Below, one piece after another: positions 15,783 through 24,962 of a stretch of 40,000 bases of DNA. Made by a program: the position numbers and the translations under genes. This stretch comes from Nitrosotalea sp. (GTDB taxonomy: Archaea; Thermoproteota; Nitrososphaeria; Nitrososphaerales; Nitrosopumilaceae): NCBI GenBank assembly GCA_050749285.1, contig JBOGQX010000062.1:1-40000 (forward strand), read 5' to 3'. The notes under the pieces were generated by a model that saw only the letters and a program-made list of their open reading frames with translations, was not told the origin of the DNA and searched no databases. Positions within the stretch are counted from its first letter, which is position 1. Each line of letters opens with the position of its first letter.

Positions 15783-17555
15783 TTATTGATTCAAGATCTT
15801 CAGGTAAATTCTATTTTTTACATCGACAATTCCACTATACAATATTCTAACCTCCGGCAGAGCAAGGAAAGGAAGGAAAAGTGGAATCAAGTGAGGTTGT
15901 TTGAATTTGCATCCAGCGTCAACTATTTTTGAATCAATGTCAGAATATTGTTTTGTGGCTTCTTCTACTGGCAGTTTTGATATTAGGCCTGCCACGGGCA
16001 TATCAAACTTGCAGAGAATATCACCGTCCTTTACAGCAAGCAGGCCACCCTGACTCTGGATCAGTTTGTTTGCAACAAGGGCCATGTCTTTCTCATTTGA
16101 GCCTATCACAATCATATCATTTTCATGAAAGCTTTGTGTGCAGCCAAATGCACCTATGTGAGCTCCAAAGTTCTTCAAAAATCCAACACAGTATTTGCTT
16201 CTTCCGTATGTTCTATCTATTGCAGCCACTTTCCAGATATCTTTTTCAATCGAAGCAGTAACATTTCCTTCTTTTATTTGGAGTTCATCCTGGTCTTTCT
16301 TTGTTATTATCTCAGTATCAAGCCGAATTACTAATGCCTGAACAGAAGAGAGCTTGTTTTTTACAATGAAATCTTTCTCAGTGAATTTTCTCTTTGTTTT
16401 GACCGTTTTTGTAATCCATTTTGGCATAGATAGCTTTGAAGGCTTGAAGACAAGTTCACCATGAGCTACTACTAGTTTGCCACCAACTAGAACTTTGTCT
16501 GGTTTTATTTTGTCAAGATCATCAAAGACTACCATATCCGCAACCTTGCCTGGTGCGATTCCGCCAAAATCTTTGCTCATTTTGTAATATTCAAAGCAGT
16601 TCTTTGATGCTATTGTTATTGCATCAATTGCATCCATACCTAACATTACAGATTTTCTGATGCAATGATCAATGAGACCAAATTCGAGAAGATCTTTTGG
16701 GGTTACACCATCGGTACAAAACATTAGTCTATCAAAATAAGTTCTGTTTGAAAGTATGTTTGATATCATCTTGTCCAGATCTCTTCGTATAGAACCTTCT
16801 CTCATCATAACCCACATGCCAAGTCTCAACCTCTCCATTACTTGGTCATAGTCTATTGGTTCATGGCACGAAAAGATTCCAGATGCTATGTAGGCGTTCA
16901 ATTTTTTGTCGCTTGCACCTGCAGTATGACCATTTATGATGCCATCATTTCGTAACATGAAAGATAGGCTTTGGATAGTTCTTGGATCTTTTGTTGTAAC
17001 TTTTGTCCAAGAAAATACTTCGCCCATGCCAAGTACATTATCTAAATTAAAAGCCCTTTTTTCTTCTGCTTTTGACATTGTTCTTGAATGACTAAACTTT
17101 CTGTCCACAGGAAGGCCCCCTGGAATTAAATGGAAAACTCGGATTGGGAGGTTCTTAGTCATCCTTACAAATTCTCTGAAACCCTTGTAACCACAAACAC
17201 TCACGATATCAATTGGATCTGAAAACAAGGTGGTTGTTCCAGATAGAAGTGCTTTTTTTGCAAGTTCTGAAGGTAAAATGTACTGATCTAGGTGTATATG
17301 TGAATCTGCAAATCCTGGTGAGATGTATTTTTCTTCCAAGTCTATGACTGCGGTCTTGTCTCCAATAGTGTGAGAGGCGTCTTTACCCACGTAAGCTATT
17401 CTGTCCTTTAGAATTGCTATTTGAGATTGTGAAATAATTTCTCTAGAATATACATTGACAAGTTTACAATTTTTCAAAACAATATCTGCTTTTTTTTCAC
17501 CCAGTGCAACTGCATTCAGTGATCCAATCATTGAGGCAAGAGGGGTAACCTTCAT
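15783..17555 (-). CDS. ade: Adenine deaminase-like amidohydrolase
   Basis: At 590 aa it has the ISPGFADSHIHLDQ metal-binding HxH motif after an N-terminal beta-sandwich region (DIVLKNCKLVNVYS...). Length and architecture fit adenine deaminase. Confidence 0.7.
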   Translation of the reverse strand: MKVTPLASMIGSLNAVALGEKKADIVLKNCKLVNVYSREIISQSQIAILKDRIAYVGKDASHTIGDKTAVIDLEEKYISPGFADSHIHLDQYILPSELAKKALLSGTTTLFSDPIDIVSVCGYKGFREFVRMTKNLPIRVFHLIPGGLPVDRKFSHSRTMSKAEEKRAFNLDNVLGMGEVFSWTKVTTKDPRTIQSLSFMLRNDGIINGHTAGASDKKLNAYIASGIFSCHEPIDYDQVMERLRLGMWVMMREGSIRRDLDKMISNILSNRTYFDRLMFCTDGVTPKDLLEFGLIDHCIRKSVMLGMDAIDAITIASKNCFEYYKMSKDFGGIAPGKVADMVVFDDLDKIKPDKVLVGGKLVVAHGELVFKPSKLSMPKWITKTVKTKRKFTEKDFIVKNKLSSVQALVIRLDTEIITKKDQDELQIKEGNVTASIEKDIWKVAAIDRTYGRSKYCVGFLKNFGAHIGAFGCTQSFHENDMIVIGSNEKDMALVANKLIQSQGGLLAVKDGDILCKFDMPVAGLISKLPVEEATKQYSDIDSKIVDAGCKFKQPHLIPLFLPFLALPEVRILYSGIVDVKNRIYLKILNQ

Positions 17556-17582
17556 GGAAAGAATGTTATCGATTATAGTATT

Positions 17583-17600
17583 AAAGCGATGTTTAAATTA
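17583..17600 (+). promoter_or_regulatory. Putative BRE/TATA promoter of the rpl44e-rps27e operon
   Basis: AAAGCGATGTTTAAATTA ends about 22-28 nt upstream of ATG 17622/17628, which is consistent with a leaderless archaeal transcript. Confidence 0.4.
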
Positions 17601-17621
17601 CGGTCAACAAGGTCTTCTTCT

Positions 17622-17900
17622 ATGAACATGCCGAAGGAGATCAGAAGGTATTGCCCAAAGTGTAAGAAACATACACTACAAAAGGTCTCCTTATACAAGG
17701 CCGGAAAAAGAAGAGGTTCTGCAATAGGTGAAAGAAGACACGCAGAGGACAAGAAAGGATACGGCGGTCAGAAATTCCCTAAGCTAGCCAAGCCTGCCAA
17801 AACTACAAAGAAATTAACTCCCATTCTAATGTGTCCAGAGTGTAAGAAGAAGTTCAACGTAGCAGGCATAAGATTAAGAAAATTGGAGTTAGTTGCATAA
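17622..17900 (+). CDS. rpl44e: 50S ribosomal protein L44e (eL42)
   Basis: MNMPKEIRRYCPKCKKHTLQKVSLYKAGKRRGSAIGERRH...GYGGQ...CPECKKK. The track start at 17589 lies inside the TATA-like element, so I prefer ATG 17622. Confidence 0.9.
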   Translation: MNMPKEIRRYCPKCKKHTLQKVSLYKAGKRRGSAIGERRHAEDKKGYGGQKFPKLAKPAKTTKKLTPILMCPECKKKFNVAGIRLRKLELVA

Positions 17901-18097
17901 TGAAAAAAGCCCAAATTCTAGTTCCAAAACCTGGAAGCAAGTTCCAACGAGTACAATGCAAAGAATGTGGTGAAGAGAGTGTTGTTTATTCACATGTTAC
18001 TAGCGTAGTTACTTGCAAAGCTTGCGGTAATACGTTAGCTGAACCAAGGGGTTCCATTGCAATAATAAATGGAAAGGTTCTAGGCAGTGCAGAATAA
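17900..18097 (+). CDS. rps27e: 30S ribosomal protein S27e (eS27)
   Basis: It has the zinc ribbon VQCKECGEESVVYSHVTSVVTCKACGNTLAEPRG. There is a 1-nt overlap (TAATG) with rpl44e. Confidence 0.9.
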   Translation: MKKAQILVPKPGSKFQRVQCKECGEESVVYSHVTSVVTCKACGNTLAEPRGSIAIINGKVLGSAE

Positions 18098-18664
18098 ATC
18101 GTAGTCTTTTTTTGTGTTAAGATTTATCGCAATTCGTTTATCATCAAGTACTATGTATGATTCTCTTACCTCATTCATTTCCAAAATCTCGTTAGGATTT
18201 ACAATAGAGATACCTGTGTACGCGCATTCCTTTTTGTCATAACTCAGAAGATATTCCGGTTTTAAACCAAGTACATCCAAAAATTTCTTACTAACAAGAA
18301 CACTGAGCCATGGCTCTTTGTTTTGTCCATGTAGCACAATTTCTTTTACAATTACTGCATCCAGGAGAGGAAGATCCCCAGATGTTACAAAGACTTGTTC
18401 ATCAAGTTTGGAAAGTGTTTCGTTAAGATCATTGACATAACCGTTTCCTTTAGTTTCCACAGTTAGAACTCCCAACTCATTAACAAATTGATGTGTTTTA
18501 GGCGCGTTGGGGCTAGTAGCACAGACTACTTTTGAGAAACATCCTGATTCTTGTAGTGCAGTTATTACATGTTGTATTATGGGTTTTTTGTATTTGAGAA
18601 GAAGTTTTTCTTCTTTTGACTCCATCCTTGTACCCTTACCACCACACATTACAAGTCCTATCAT
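18080..18664 (-). CDS. cobY: Adenosylcobinamide-phosphate guanylyltransferase, archaeal type (CobY)
   Basis: It has the nucleotidyltransferase N-terminus MIGLVMCGGKGTRM and is about 194 aa. It overlaps cobS by 4 nt within the cobamide late-step cluster. Confidence 0.7.
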   Translation of the reverse strand: MIGLVMCGGKGTRMESKEEKLLLKYKKPIIQHVITALQESGCFSKVVCATSPNAPKTHQFVNELGVLTVETKGNGYVNDLNETLSKLDEQVFVTSGDLPLLDAVIVKEIVLHGQNKEPWLSVLVSKKFLDVLGLKPEYLLSYDKKECAYTGISIVNPNEILEMNEVRESYIVLDDKRIAINLNTKKDYDLFCTA

Positions 18665-19386
18665 TTTGATGCAAAAATCAATAGGGATGCAAGCCTCACG
18701 AGTTCATTGCTTGCACCAAATACATCTCCAGATATACCTCCAAAGCTTCTGTTTGCAACAAATAGTAATAAGAATGACAGTCCTACAGTGACTGCAGCTA
18801 CAATTACTCCGGTTATTCCACCAAGCAAAACAGTTGGTATTATAGCCAATGCTGCGGCAATACCCAATTTCCTAGGATCTTTCATAGATTGTGTAAATGG
18901 TGAACTTAGTCCTTGCCAAGCAGAAAAACCACGATTTGCTTGAAGGACCATTGCAAATTTTGCCATAAGTTCACTCAGTAAAATAGCCTCAAAGAGTACA
19001 AGACCTTTCATCATGGATATAGACATTATCATTCCAGCAACGTAAAGAACAACTGTAACTACACCAGCAGAACCTACAGCTGGATCACGCATTGCTTGTA
19101 ATTTTTTTTCTTTTGTCCCCTTTGCCATCATACCATCAGCAAAGTCACACAACGCATCGGTATGATGTATTCCAGTGATGATCACAAGTGCTCCCGTTAA
19201 AAGTAAACCAACGATCAAAGGTTGAACAAACAGAGAAAGGCCATAACCTGCGCCGCCTACAATTAGTCCTATCAGTGCAGCCGCTACAGGAAAGAGGTAC
19301 ATGTTTTTTGCGACTGTATCAAGCTGTGTATTTTTGGATGAAATGATGGTTAGGAAAGAAATTACTGATGCTATTCCTTTAAACAA
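18661..19386 (-). CDS. cobS: Cobalamin (5-prime-phosphate) synthase / adenosylcobinamide-GDP ribazoletransferase
   Basis: It is a polytopic membrane protein with the HHTDALCDFADG motif typical of CobS. Confidence 0.85.
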   Translation of the reverse strand: MFKGIASVISFLTIISSKNTQLDTVAKNMYLFPVAAALIGLIVGGAGYGLSLFVQPLIVGLLLTGALVIITGIHHTDALCDFADGMMAKGTKEKKLQAMRDPAVGSAGVVTVVLYVAGMIMSISMMKGLVLFEAILLSELMAKFAMVLQANRGFSAWQGLSSPFTQSMKDPRKLGIAAALAIIPTVLLGGITGVIVAAVTVGLSFLLLFVANRSFGGISGDVFGASNELVRLASLLIFASK

Positions 19387-20371
19387 AATTCCACCATCCC
19401 AAGTAAGGCAAGATTACAATCATAGGAATTGTAAATAACATAACAAACAGAATTGTTGTGATTTTCATTATTGATATTGCAGTTTTGATGTGTTTCTCTG
19501 TTATCTCAGAAATTCCATCGCCTAGTGTATAGTGATCTAGTTTTTCAAATCGTACACCGAGTGCTCCTGCCATAGTAGCCATTGGGTATCCCGCATTTGG
19601 GCTTTCAGTCTTAGGACCATCTCTTCTCATGATTTCAAGAGAATCTCTCCAATGTCCTCCTACAATCATGCTTGCAAGTATCATGACCAAGCTTGTGAGT
19701 CTTGAAGGAACAAAGTTTAGTATTTTATCACAGTTGGCTCCAAACCAACCTAGATTTCTAAACAGATCAGTTTTGTAGCCTATCATTGAATCAATAGTAT
19801 TTACAGTTCTATAAACAAAACTGCCTACAAGACCAAAAATTGCAAAGTAAAAGAGAGGACCTGTTATTCCATCCACAGTGTTTTCACTTATACTTTCGAG
19901 TGTGGCAGAAATTATGTGCTGTCTGTCAAGGTTCTTAGTGTTCCTTTTCACTATCATAGATAGCTTTGCCCTGGCATCCTCTAAATCATTCTTTAATAGT
20001 GCATCCATAATTTTGGATGCATGTTGTTCCATTCCTTTAATCGCAATTGTTGTTTTTAATAGAAACCCAACACTAAGTATAGTAATTATAATAACTAGAA
20101 TTTTTGAGAGACCTACAAAATTAAGACTTTCAAGTTGCTGAAGTTCAGAATTAAAAGCAAGCATAAGAACAGAGACAAGTGTAGTTATAGAAATAACAAG
20201 AATGAATCCGCCTATCTTTTCTAACTTTGTATTCGTTGATCGTACCAAAGGAACAAGTTTGCCAATAAGAGTACCAGTCCATACGGTCGGATGGTATTTG
20301 TTTCGTGGATCTCCTAGTGCAAAATCAATAACAATGGCAAGAATTACTGCCAGAATTGGTATAATGATCAA
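19379..20371 (-). CDS. cbiB: Adenosylcobinamide-phosphate synthase (CbiB/CobD membrane protein)
   Basis: DPRNKYHPTVWTG and ENTVDGITGPLFYFAIFG are CbiB motifs. It is a membrane protein. Confidence 0.85.
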   Translation of the reverse strand: MIIIPILAVILAIVIDFALGDPRNKYHPTVWTGTLIGKLVPLVRSTNTKLEKIGGFILVISITTLVSVLMLAFNSELQQLESLNFVGLSKILVIIITILSVGFLLKTTIAIKGMEQHASKIMDALLKNDLEDARAKLSMIVKRNTKNLDRQHIISATLESISENTVDGITGPLFYFAIFGLVGSFVYRTVNTIDSMIGYKTDLFRNLGWFGANCDKILNFVPSRLTSLVMILASMIVGGHWRDSLEIMRRDGPKTESPNAGYPMATMAGALGVRFEKLDHYTLGDGISEITEKHIKTAISIMKITTILFVMLFTIPMIVILPYLGWWNFV

Positions 20372-21210
20372 TCCAACAAACCACCTATTGCTTTCATGTT
20401 CAAACTTGATCTAACAATGCGACTCAAATATTCTATTTCTTTATTGAGCGATCGTAAATATTTCTCTGTCCATGAAACCTGTCTTGGTTTGGCATGTAAC
20501 GAGTCCTCTTCTGGAATGTCAAACTCAAGTAACGGAATTGTGCCAAGAACCGGTTTACCAGTCTTATTCTTCAGATAAGAAAAGCTTGGACGCAAGATCT
20601 CGATATCGCCTCTGAACTTGTTTATCACAAAACCTTTGATAAATTTCCTATATTGTCCTTCTAGGATAGATAATGTTCCTATAATGCTAGCAAAACTGCC
20701 CCCTTTGTCTATATCTGTTACAAGAATCACAGGAGCAGAACAGTATTGAGCCATTCTCATGTTAGCAATATCATACTTTGCCAAGTTAATTTCTGCAGGT
20801 GAACCTGCACCTTCAAGAATTACTAGTTCATACATATCGAGCAAATAATCAAGGGATTCTTTTGCCGCAGTTAATCCCTTTGTGAGTGCAAATTTCTTAT
20901 AATAATTATTAGCATGCATTTTCTTGTAAAACTTTCCTTTAACAAAGATCTCACTTTTGTAGTCCCCAATTGGCTTGAGCAAAATTGGATTCATGTGAGG
21001 ATCGATATCAGTTCTTGCTGCAATCGCTTGAATTGCTTGTGCTCTTGAAATCTCGAAGTTTTTGTCTTGATAAGAATATGATGACATGTTTTGAGATTTG
21101 AACGGGGCTACTCTATAACCTTCATCAGCAAAAATTCTGCATAGGGCTGTAACAAGAGTTGTCTTACCAGCTCCAGAGGATGTTCCTTGAATCATCAATA
21201 CTTTTGTCAT
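20368..21210 (-). CDS. CobQ/CbiP-like P-loop ATPase domain only (no glutamine amidotransferase domain)
   Basis: MIQGTSSGAGKTTLVTALCRIFADEGYRVAPFKSQNMS, ILEGAGSPAEINL, DIDKGGSFASIIGT and GFVINKFRGD match the N-terminal half of cobyric acid synthase. The protein ends at 280 aa and overlaps the cbiB start by 4 nt. Confidence 0.75.
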   Translation of the reverse strand: MTKVLMIQGTSSGAGKTTLVTALCRIFADEGYRVAPFKSQNMSSYSYQDKNFEISRAQAIQAIAARTDIDPHMNPILLKPIGDYKSEIFVKGKFYKKMHANNYYKKFALTKGLTAAKESLDYLLDMYELVILEGAGSPAEINLAKYDIANMRMAQYCSAPVILVTDIDKGGSFASIIGTLSILEGQYRKFIKGFVINKFRGDIEILRPSFSYLKNKTGKPVLGTIPLLEFDIPEEDSLHAKPRQVSWTEKYLRSLNKEIEYLSRIVRSSLNMKAIGGLLD

Positions 21211-22286
21211 AACTTTTTTAACACCTTTACGAGTTTCAGATTTTCTTTGCGAGTCCGTACTGCTACTCTTATGAACTTGTTGTTCAATCCTCTAAAATTA
21301 CTACAATCTCTTATCAGAATATTTTTTTCAAGTAGTTTCTTTCGTATGTGCTTAGAGTTTTTCTTAGATTTTATTAGAAGAAAATTTACATCAGAATCAT
21401 AGCAACTAAATCCATTAATTTGTGATATAGATTCTTTTAAAAATTTTCTTTCTCTTGAGATTACTAATCTTGTCTTTTCAAGGTGTAGTTTATCTGAGAG
21501 AGCTCTAATTGCTACGCTTTGTGCAAAACCACTTACATTCCATGGAATTTTTATTTTCTGCAAGACTCTAATCATCTGTAAACTTCCAAGACCATATCCA
21601 ATTCTCAGACCAGCCAAACCAAATGACTTTGTAAGAGACCTTAGGATAAAGAGATTATCAAATTCTCTCAAATGAGGTACAATGCTTTCTTTCATATTAG
21701 AAACAAATTCAATAAAGCATTCATCAACAAAAAGTAATACAGATCTTTCATAGGCGGATTCCACTATTTTGAGCATATCTTTGCGTTTTATTAGAGAACC
21801 AATCGGATTATTTGGGTTACAAATGAAGACACAGCCATTTTTTGGTATGATATCAAGAAGTTTTGAGACTTCTCTGTTAAGATTCATGGTCTTCAAGAAA
21901 TTAATCGAAGCACCATGTAACTTTGCAGCTGATTCGTATTCACCAAATGTTGGTATTGGTATCAGTACTTTACATCCTTTCAGAAATGCTGCAGAAAAAT
22001 TATAGATTATTTCAGTGGCTCCATTTCCAACTATTATTTGATCTTTGGATATGCCAGTGTACTTCTCTAAATAATTTCGTAACCTAGTGGAATCAGGATC
22101 AGGATATACTGAAAAGAAAGGATAGTCTTTTTTCAAGTTATTTGTAATCGATGGTGGATAACCAATAGGATTTACATTGGAACTAAAGTCGATTATCTTA
22201 GGGTCATATCCAAGACCTGCAGAATAGATTCCTCCGTGTGCTACCATTTTATGATTCGCAATCCGTCTTTCTACTCCAAGTTTCAC
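21207..22286 (-). CDS. cobD: Class I/II aminotransferase-fold enzyme, probably L-threonine-O-3-phosphate decarboxylase (CobD); a HisC-like function is the alternative
   Basis: It has CNPNNPIGS and SLTKSFGLAGLRIGY (PLP lysine region). The assignment comes from its cobamide cluster context. Confidence 0.7.
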   Translation of the reverse strand: MKLGVERRIANHKMVAHGGIYSAGLGYDPKIIDFSSNVNPIGYPPSITNNLKKDYPFFSVYPDPDSTRLRNYLEKYTGISKDQIIVGNGATEIIYNFSAAFLKGCKVLIPIPTFGEYESAAKLHGASINFLKTMNLNREVSKLLDIIPKNGCVFICNPNNPIGSLIKRKDMLKIVESAYERSVLLFVDECFIEFVSNMKESIVPHLREFDNLFILRSLTKSFGLAGLRIGYGLGSLQMIRVLQKIKIPWNVSGFAQSVAIRALSDKLHLEKTRLVISRERKFLKESISQINGFSCYDSDVNFLLIKSKKNSKHIRKKLLEKNILIRDCSNFRGLNNKFIRVAVRTRKENLKLVKVLKKL

Positions 22287-22295
22287 AATCTCGTG

Positions 22296-22310
22296 ATACC
22301 ATAATGGTAT
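22296..22310. promoter_or_regulatory. Perfect 15-bp palindrome ATACCATAATGGTAT in the cobD/asd divergent promoter region
   Basis: Read directly from the sequence. It lies 10 nt upstream of the cobD start codon at 22286. Confidence 0.3.
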
Positions 22311-22375
22311 TTAGTTGTGTTTTGTTCTTTATCTTCTAAAGGAATATTAATTGTTTAAGCAGCATTTTTCCATAT

Positions 22376-23455
22376 ATGAAGAAACGAGTAGCTATCATAG
22401 GCGTTACTGGAGCAGTAGGACAAGAATTTGTCGTTGCTCTAAATAATCATCCATGGTTTGAGGTAAAACAGATAGCTGCATCAGAAAGATCGGCCAAGAA
22501 AAAGTTTGTGGATGCCATAAGAGATCCTAATAGTGGCATTCTGAAATGGCATATCAGGGACCCTATTCCTGAATATATCAAAGACATGGTCGTGGAATCG
22601 GTTGATGGTATAAAACCTGAGAATCTTGATTTGATCTTCAGTTCTGTTGAAAGTGAGGCTGCAAAGGAAATTGAATCAAGATTTGCAAAAGATATTCCAG
22701 TCATAAGCACATCAGCTGCTTATAGATATGAATCTGATGTCCCAATTTTGATTCCTGGAATAAATGATGATCACGTAGCATTACTAGATACACAGAGAAA
22801 GAATCGTGGTTGGAAAGGGTTTATTGCGCCATTACCAAACTGTACCACAACAGGACTTGCAATAACCATGCGACCACTGCTTGACAAATTTGGGGCCCAG
22901 AAGATAATCATGACATCTATGCAGTCTATGTCAGGAGCTGGAAGATCTCCTGGTGTTTCTGCTTTAGATATTACCGACAACATAATTCCATACATTCCAA
23001 AAGAAGAAGATAAAGTAAGAATTGAAACCGGCAAAATTCTTGGTAAGTTGGTAGATGGTAAAATAGATCCTGCTAAATTGAAAGTAAGCTGTACATGTAC
23101 AAGAGTCCCAGTAATTGATGGTCATACTGAAACAGTTTTTGTTGAAATGACTGAGCACACTGATCCTGAAAACGTAAAGAAAGCCATGCGAGAATTTTCA
23201 AGTAATGTAAGTGTAGCAGGATTACCTTCAGCCCCTAAGGAGTACCTCTTAGTTCATGAAGATCCTACAAGACCACAACCTAGACTTGATCGTGAAATAA
23301 ATGAAGGTATGACTACAGTAGTAGGCAGAATCAGGGAAGACACGGTCTTTGATAACGGTATCAAGTATGTTTTGTTCTCACATAATGAGAAGATGGGTTC
23401 TGCCAAGGGAGCAGTCCTTCTAGCAGAAATGCTGCACAAGAAAGGTTATGTTTAG
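22376..23455 (+). CDS. asd: Aspartate-semialdehyde dehydrogenase (archaeal type)
   Basis: It has VAIIGVTGAVGQEF (NAD(P) binding), PNCTTTGLAI (active-site Cys) and SMQSMSGAGRSPG. Homologues in some archaea act as malonyl-CoA reductases, so substrate assignment is not certain. Confidence 0.8.
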   Translation: MKKRVAIIGVTGAVGQEFVVALNNHPWFEVKQIAASERSAKKKFVDAIRDPNSGILKWHIRDPIPEYIKDMVVESVDGIKPENLDLIFSSVESEAAKEIESRFAKDIPVISTSAAYRYESDVPILIPGINDDHVALLDTQRKNRGWKGFIAPLPNCTTTGLAITMRPLLDKFGAQKIIMTSMQSMSGAGRSPGVSALDITDNIIPYIPKEEDKVRIETGKILGKLVDGKIDPAKLKVSCTCTRVPVIDGHTETVFVEMTEHTDPENVKKAMREFSSNVSVAGLPSAPKEYLLVHEDPTRPQPRLDREINEGMTTVVGRIREDTVFDNGIKYVLFSHNEKMGSAKGAVLLAEMLHKKGYV

Positions 23456-23530
23456 ATAATCGAGAATTATAGAAAATTTATAATAACAAGTTTATTAAGA
23501 TCCATTTATTCACAATAATCGGTGTTTTGA

Positions 23531-24016
23531 ATGGCAAAAGTTGATGATTTAGACATGATAATTTTATCGGAACTATCACAAGATGCAAACATTTCAGTTC
23601 CTCGAATCTCAAAGAAGATTAATGTCAACTCATCGGTTGTATACAGTAGAATTAAGAGACTTATCAAAAGAAAGCTTATCGAACGCTTTACCATAGTTGT
23701 AAATGATAGAGAGCTTGGTTACACAGTAAAGGCCCTCACGGGAATAAACATGGATTCAAAGATGAGAGACCATGTAATTGAAGAGCTTATGAAAATAGCC
23801 GAGGTAAGAGAGATTTCAGAAGTCACTGGTAGATTTGATATCATAGTAACAATGCACGCCAAAAACTTGGATGAAATGCACAGGCTGATATCTGAAAAGG
23901 TTGGCCGAATAGAGGGAGTACAGCGCTCAGAGAGCTTCATAGAGATGAAAAGGACAACAAAGCCAATGCCCCCTACAAGCCAGCAAAGTAATCAGATTTT
24001 TTCAACCTATAAATAA
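23531..24016 (+). CDS. Lrp/AsnC-family transcriptional regulator
   Basis: The HTH region is DDLDMIILSELSQDANISVPRISKKINVNSSVVYSRIKRL. It is followed by an RAM/ACT-like domain (EISEVTGRFDIIVTMHAKN). Confidence 0.85.
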   Translation: MAKVDDLDMIILSELSQDANISVPRISKKINVNSSVVYSRIKRLIKRKLIERFTIVVNDRELGYTVKALTGINMDSKMRDHVIEELMKIAEVREISEVTGRFDIIVTMHAKNLDEMHRLISEKVGRIEGVQRSESFIEMKRTTKPMPPTSQQSNQIFSTYK

Positions 24017-24045
24017 CAAAGAGGTTCCAAAAAGGGGAGAGAAGT

Positions 24046-24951
24046 GTGCTAACAACAAAAGCCAGTTCCAGAATCAAAACATACTATGAAGTTACCAAAC
24101 CAAAGATATGGTATCTATTGGTTTTTACTGCTATAGGAGCAGCGTTTACAGCATCTAATATTTATCACACACCCATATCACCCCTTACCTGGGGCTTAGT
24201 AATTGGTGGTGTCATAGCAGGTTCTGCTGCAGCCAATACATTGACAAACTACAATGATAGAGACATCGACGCAATTATGGAAAGAACGAAAGATAGACCA
24301 ATTCCTAGCAGAAGAATTTATCCTGCAAAAAAGGCCTTACATTTTGGATTAATTCTAACAGCAATCTCACTAATTTGCGCTTTCGCAATCAATACATGGG
24401 CTGGAATTTTTATGGCCTTTGGTCTTGCAGATAATATTTTAGTTTACAGCAAATTACTTAAGCGCAGAAGCAGAACAAATATTGTTCTGGGTGGATTTTC
24501 TGGTGGAGCTCCTGCGATGATTGGATATGTTGCAGTAACAACTACTGGTCTTTGGGATCTGGGATTAGTTATGGCAGGATTAGTTTTTGTTTGGATTCCG
24601 ATGCATATATGGAGCCTCACCCTACACGTCAAGGAAGATTATAACAAAGTCAAAGTTCCTATGCTTACTGCAGTTGAATCTGAAAAAACCTCTGTTCGAG
24701 TAATAGCTGGAACAACTCTCATGATGGTACTCTTTAGTGTATTCCCATTTTTCATGACAGATTCAACAGGAAAACATCTGTTCCATGAAGTCTATCTTTA
24801 TACTGCAATAGTATCTGGAGCGATAATGATAGCATTAAGCATATGGCTACTTGTAAAACCATCAGAGAGAGCATCATGGACATTGTTCAAGTTTTCAAGC
24901 CCATATCTTGCGATATTATTTATTGCATTAATGGTTGACTCTACACTTTAA
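24046..24951 (+). CDS. ctaB: Protoheme IX farnesyltransferase (heme O synthase), UbiA family
   Basis: It has NYNDRDIDAIMERTKDRPIPSRRI and about 8-9 TM segments. The start is GTG. Confidence 0.85.
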   Translation: MLTTKASSRIKTYYEVTKPKIWYLLVFTAIGAAFTASNIYHTPISPLTWGLVIGGVIAGSAAANTLTNYNDRDIDAIMERTKDRPIPSRRIYPAKKALHFGLILTAISLICAFAINTWAGIFMAFGLADNILVYSKLLKRRSRTNIVLGGFSGGAPAMIGYVAVTTTGLWDLGLVMAGLVFVWIPMHIWSLTLHVKEDYNKVKVPMLTAVESEKTSVRVIAGTTLMMVLFSVFPFFMTDSTGKHLFHEVYLYTAIVSGAIMIALSIWLLVKPSERASWTLFKFSSPYLAILFIALMVDSTL

Positions 24952-24962
24952 TGCCTAAATCT

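Noticed and set aside
4539-17597. 17-nt exact direct repeat (4539-4555 and 17581-17597) as boundaries of a mobile element
   Set aside because: The enclosed 13 kb would include core genes (thermosome, adenine deaminase) and would split the casposon. About one such match is expected by chance. It is more simply explained as a shared promoter-like motif.
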